Shown: piece by piece, positions 60,353 through 64,000 of the stretch
Layout: each line of letters starts with the position of its first letter
Position numbering within the stretch: the first letter of the stretch is position 1
Virus record (IMG/VR): IMGVR_UViG_3300029518_000200
Length of the DNA stretch: 64,000 nucleotides
Reading direction: 5' to 3' (one strand)
Origin: a virus
Taxonomy: Duplodnaviria; Heunggongvirae; Uroviricota; Caudoviricetes
Notes under the pieces: generated by a model
Databases searched by the model: none
What the model was told of the DNA's origin: nothing
Seen by the model: the letters and a program-made list of their open reading frames with translations, nothing else
Translations under genes and position numbers: made by a program

Positions 60353-61102
60353 TTATTTTTCATATTTACCCTTAACGGCTCCATTATTGATATACATTGA
60401 TACATCATTGATATGTTCACCAATTGCCGCTGCAATGCTTGGCGCATAATTAACTTTGATTTCGTCCATTGCTTCATTTAGTGAATTGTTCTTATAAATA
60501 ATTTTCGCGACTGACTCCGCAATCTGATTTCTTCCCATTAGAGCTTCCGGAAGTCCACATTGCTCAACAAAGCATGTCTTTGCGCTTTCTGTGATCCAGA
60601 TGTCATCATCACTGTTATCCTTTACAGGTTCAGGCATTGGAAAAACTTCCTCTGCTTTTGGTTTGGTCTCTGCAGGTTTTACCTCTTCGACTGTATCTGC
60701 TTCAGGTTCAGCTTTCTCTGCTTGCGCTGTTTCTGTTTCTGTTTCCACCTTTGCTTTGTTTCTTGATTTTCTTACAGTTTTCTTCTTCGCTGCTGAACCC
60801 ATGACAGATATTCCTGCAAGTCCTGCAAACTGATTCGGAACATCAATGTTCGAAAGAAACATAACCTTTGTACCCTTTGCTGCGGATGCAGTGTTTGCTC
60901 CAAGAATGAAATACATTGCCGCCTCTGACTCTGCCTTTACAAACTCAATCTTTGCAGCAGCTTCATTTAATGCTGTAAGTCCATCAAAGTTGATTTCGCC
61001 ATTACCAAACAGTACAAGCTTGTCTGCCGGTTTTGAGCTTGAAATTGTCTTAATATCGCCATCAGAAAGTCCTGTGATATTGCCGTAATATAAATTTCCC
61101 AT
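60353..61102 (-). CDS. hypothetical protein with Ala/Lys/Glu-rich linker
   Basis: start after SD aaaggagaaag; co-transcribed with the dUTPase gene. Confidence 0.45.
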   Translation of the reverse strand: MGNLYYGNITGLSDGDIKTISSSKPADKLVLFGNGEINFDGLTALNEAAAKIEFVKAESEAAMYFILGANTASAAKGTKVMFLSNIDVPNQFAGLAGISVMGSAAKKKTVRKSRNKAKVETETETAQAEKAEPEADTVEEVKPAETKPKAEEVFPMPEPVKDNSDDDIWITESAKTCFVEQCGLPEALMGRNQIAESVAKIIYKNNSLNEAMDEIKVNYAPSIAAAIGEHINDVSMYINNGAVKGKYEK

Positions 61103-61118
61103 TTTCTTTCTCCTTTCT

Positions 61119-61562
61119 CTACTTTCCTGTACTGCCAAATCCGCCTTCACCACGGTTTGTATCTGTAAGTTCTGCAACCTCATCAAATGTAACCGGAAGA
61201 TATGGCATAACAACAAGCTGCGCTATTCTCTCGCCTGCTGTAATTGTCCTTGTTTTCTCTGAATCATTGTGAATCGCAACAATGTATTCACCTCTGTAGT
61301 CACTGTCACATACTCCTACACAGTTTGCCGGTCTTAATCCCTCTTTTGAAGCAAGTCCGCTTCTTGCAAATATTGCTCCGAAATATCCATCAGGGATTTC
61401 CATTGCAAGGCCTGTGCCAATCTTTGCTGTCTCATGCGGCTTAATCTGTACACTCTCTTTTACGTCCGCATACAAATCATAACCTGCAGCGTACTCGCTT
61501 CCTCTTGTTGGTGTTTTTGCTGTATCTGTTAATTTCTTGATTTTGATTTTTGCTGATAACAC
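61119..61562 (-). CDS. dut: dUTP diphosphatase
   Basis: AAGYDLYA, GLAMEIPDGYFG, RSGL and IAQLV motifs. Confidence 0.8.
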   Translation of the reverse strand: MLSAKIKIKKLTDTAKTPTRGSEYAAGYDLYADVKESVQIKPHETAKIGTGLAMEIPDGYFGAIFARSGLASKEGLRPANCVGVCDSDYRGEYIVAIHNDSEKTRTITAGERIAQLVVMPYLPVTFDEVAELTDTNRGEGGFGSTGK

Positions 61563-61658
61563 AATTAATTCCTCCTGTTTTTAATGTTATATATATAATA
61601 TTTCTTTTCCTGTTTTTGTCCAAAGAAAAAGACAGGAAATTTCCTGTCTTAATCTCGT

Positions 61659-62582
61659 TTACTGGGCTGTCTGCACTACAGGTGCTGAAAGACCTAATCT
61701 GTCACAGATTTTGTCACACAACTCATGCACCTTTTCAAACAGCACGCATCCCCTGCCAGTATTAATGGCAGCTTCGCCGCAAACACCACTTCCTGCAAAT
61801 TGGTCAAGAACAATCTCTTCCGGTTTTGTCAGGTACTCAATCAGTGTCTCAAACAGTTCAACAGGCTTTTCTGATTGCGCGATTCTGTCTTTCTTTGATA
61901 CCTGCTGATAGTCAAATTCTGTTGGCAGCATTCCGGCTGCACCTGACATAAAACGTGTAGGATTACCATTTGCATCTAGTCCGCGCTGTTTATCAGGCCG
62001 CAGTTTTCTTGCTGGTCCAAGCGAGAATATCAGACAGTCTTCGGTATTCTTTGCTTTACGTCCGGTATTTGAAACAAATGTACCTTTCTTCCAAGGTACC
62101 TTGCTATAATACTGGAACCCTGCAGCCTCTGCCATTTTCTTAAGCCTGTACAGATATTCGTAATTAGTTGCGGACTCGGCAGGAATGATTTCGCACAAGA
62201 AACTGCCTTGTTTCAATACCCTTGCCTTTTCAATGAAATCAGCAGGTGTATATTCAAAACAGTCATACTGCGCAAAGTTTCTTGAACCGCCTTTGTTGGC
62301 CTTCTTATCAAGCCACGGATGGTCTGTGATAATACAGTCAATTGACTTATCTTCAAGCATTGACAAGTCTCTGCCATCACCTTCAATCAGCACGCAGTCC
62401 TGATCCTTTGCAACATATACACCTTTTCTTACACGTAAGAATTTTACACCTAAATTTTCGTATATACGTGCTCTGACAGACTCATTATTTACACCAGTAC
62501 ACTTAGCATAAGCCTGCTTGAGAGTGAATTCCATACCTTTAAATGCTGACAACAATCTGTCAGCGATGCTTTTGTTTGCCAT
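61659..62582 (-). CDS. beta-class N6A/N4C DNA methyltransferase (orphan)
   Basis: CIITDHPW (motif IV) preceding DQFAGSGVCG (motif I). Confidence 0.7.
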   Translation of the reverse strand: MANKSIADRLLSAFKGMEFTLKQAYAKCTGVNNESVRARIYENLGVKFLRVRKGVYVAKDQDCVLIEGDGRDLSMLEDKSIDCIITDHPWLDKKANKGGSRNFAQYDCFEYTPADFIEKARVLKQGSFLCEIIPAESATNYEYLYRLKKMAEAAGFQYYSKVPWKKGTFVSNTGRKAKNTEDCLIFSLGPARKLRPDKQRGLDANGNPTRFMSGAAGMLPTEFDYQQVSKKDRIAQSEKPVELFETLIEYLTKPEEIVLDQFAGSGVCGEAAINTGRGCVLFEKVHELCDKICDRLGLSAPVVQTAQ

Positions 62583-62680
62583 AATGTATTCCTCCTTTAT
62601 ATTATTATTTATGACTACAATAAATATGGCTTTTAATAAAAAAGAAGCGTGGCCAAAATAAGTCACACTTCTCTTTTTGT

Positions 62681-63433
62681 TTACCGAACCATTTCAAATG
62701 GTCTTGCATAGCAGGTCATCTTGCTTCCAAGAACATCTGCTGAAACAGATAATGTATACAGACCTGATGGCGCCTGTCTTTCAATATGAGGTTCAGTAAG
62801 TTCAACATCCTTGTCTTTCTGAACCATCATCTGAAGCAGTTTTGTCCGGCATTCCAACACATCTCCAGTGTATGTTCGGTCGTAAATCTCGCCATTGTGT
62901 ACTGTTGTTATCAGCCACTTGCACCGATTGTATTCAGCAAAAACTTTATACTTTTCAGTATATGATTCCATCTGTTCTTTAGTCACATTTGTTTTTGCCA
63001 AATCAGCAGGCGTAAGTTTTCCTCTAAACAGCCACTCATACGGATTGTCGGTATAAGTGACAGGAATTTTTGGTATTAGCCTTGATTCAATAAACGCTTT
63101 TACGTCTATATCTGTCAGCATTCTTATGATGGCATTATCTCTGCCGTATCTGACATCAAATATTGGACAGCCTTCAATGTCAACAATCCTCATGCCGGGT
63201 CTCATGAATTCTAAATCAACGATGTTACAGAGCAGACCATCATACAGCTTCTTTACTGTCATACCAATTCCTGCACTAGACCTGAATACAAGAGCTGCCT
63301 CATTTGGATTATCTGTAAACGAAAATCCAACTACAGGGCAGAATGTATCATTTTCCATCCTGCCAACTTTCATACAGCCAAACCCTGCATCAATCTTCTT
63401 ATTTAATACCTCTAATATCTGCTTAATCGTCAT
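62681..63433 (-). CDS. hypothetical protein
   Basis: class-A cassette. Confidence 0.5.
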   Translation of the reverse strand: MTIKQILEVLNKKIDAGFGCMKVGRMENDTFCPVVGFSFTDNPNEAALVFRSSAGIGMTVKKLYDGLLCNIVDLEFMRPGMRIVDIEGCPIFDVRYGRDNAIIRMLTDIDVKAFIESRLIPKIPVTYTDNPYEWLFRGKLTPADLAKTNVTKEQMESYTEKYKVFAEYNRCKWLITTVHNGEIYDRTYTGDVLECRTKLLQMMVQKDKDVELTEPHIERQAPSGLYTLSVSADVLGSKMTCYARPFEMVR

Positions 63434-63475
63434 AATATCTTCCTCCTTTATTTATTATTTTATTTATGACTATAA

Positions 63476-63490
63476 AATAAATATGGGTTT
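63476..63490 (-). promoter_or_regulatory. class-A box (gene-direction AAAAYYCATATTTAT); representative of about 29 copies
   Basis: see findings for the full coordinate list. Confidence 0.6.
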
Positions 63491-63719
63491 TAATGGCAAA
63501 CAAAAAGCTCTCTATCTTTAGAGAGCTTTTTTAAGTTTACTCCGAGCCTTAGGACTCAAAGCCCCAACACTCATTGTCGAACTGTTTAAAAGTGAGAGTC
63601 TGACTGACGTCATATTACTATTGTACTAACGTTTCATCTCTTTTCGTCAGCAAGCGCTGGATAGCTGTCGTTGTAGTCGATAAAATAGCCGTCAGTGTGT
63701 ATTAATATGAATCTTACAG

Positions 63720-63992
63720 TTATGAATCCTCTTTCTTTGATGATACAAGTTCACAGAACTCATGGAAGTCTGTAATAAGTTTGCATTTTTCCTGAATCAT
63801 CTTATTGCTGTCGGCAACCCATTGTTTATATGGTTCACTTTTTATGAAAGCAGACCAGTTAGAGTACAGGTTTGATTGCGGATAGCCTTCTACGTCTGAG
63901 ATAGAGTTGAGAGTATCACGAATGTCGTACATCTGATGCTCAATATCGGGTAACGGTACAGGTTCTACTTTCGACGGTACAAATATTGGCAT
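63720..63992 (-). CDS. hypothetical protein (start at or beyond the window edge)
   Basis: ORF reaching the window end. Confidence 0.3.
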   Translation of the reverse strand: MPIFVPSKVEPVPLPDIEHQMYDIRDTLNSISDVEGYPQSNLYSNWSAFIKSEPYKQWVADSNKMIQEKCKLITDFHEFCELVSSKKEDS

Positions 63993-64000
63993 GATATTTT

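Noticed and set aside
63530-63720. Possible tRNA or ncRNA in the non-coding stretch near the window end
   Set aside because: I could not find a cloverleaf with anticodon-stem geometry; no confident call.

Overview
This is an AT-rich window with low-GC Gram-positive gene signals (AGGAGG-type Shine-Dalgarno sites, hairpin plus T-run terminators). I found no rRNA, tRNA, CRISPR array or virion structural genes. The gene content points to a mobile genetic element, with plasmid-like, ICE/IME-like and phage-early-region-like modules mixed together.

Left to right, the main blocks are:
- **1-14.4 kb:** a plus-strand block of small genes. It holds a Lar-like restriction-alleviation protein with an overlapping DNA methyltransferase, ASCH/DUF3850 proteins, a truncated VirD4/TraG-like coupling-protein fragment, an MCP-type signalling protein, an SPFH protein and a UvrD-like helicase fused to a PD-(D/E)xK nuclease.
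- **14.4-21 kb:** three tandem BspA-type leucine-rich-repeat paralogs on the minus strand, interleaved with an Rpn/YhgA-like PD-(D/E)xK transposase-like gene.
- **24.3-25.9 kb:** about 29 copies of the palindrome GGTATYA-N8-TGATACT in a tandem array, then a purine-rich repeat tract and two hairpins.
- **26.0-31.8 kb:** a MOBV (Mob_Pre) relaxase gene, then a DHH/RecJ-like phosphoesterase, a double-OB SSB-like protein and a 5'-3' flap exonuclease.
- **35-37.4 kb:** a second coupling-protein-like gene with a degenerate Walker A motif, and a tyrosine integrase.
- **37.6-64 kb:** a minus-strand run of roughly 25 single-gene or short-operon cassettes, each with its own terminator and one of two recurrent promoter/5'UTR modules. 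Products include:
  - a GtrB/YfhO-type glycosylation pair;
  - NAD-dependent ligase, macro-domain protein and a guanylate-kinase-LRR fusion;
  - an NlpC/P60 peptidase and an NTG-pentapeptide-repeat protein;
  - RadC/JAB, dUTPase and an orphan methyltransferase;
  - several strongly acidic proteins.

The most unusual signals are non-coding. First, a conserved box (AAAAYYCATATTTAT followed by GTCATATAWAAA and AAAGGAGG) is reused about 29 times. Second, the 29-site palindrome array has N10-spaced variants sitting exactly at the promoters of the relaxase gene, an HTH-protein gene (three copies) and a secreted-protein operon. That pattern implies a single palindrome-binding regulator, with the HTH protein its most plausible candidate, controlling an origin or centromere plus a small regulon.
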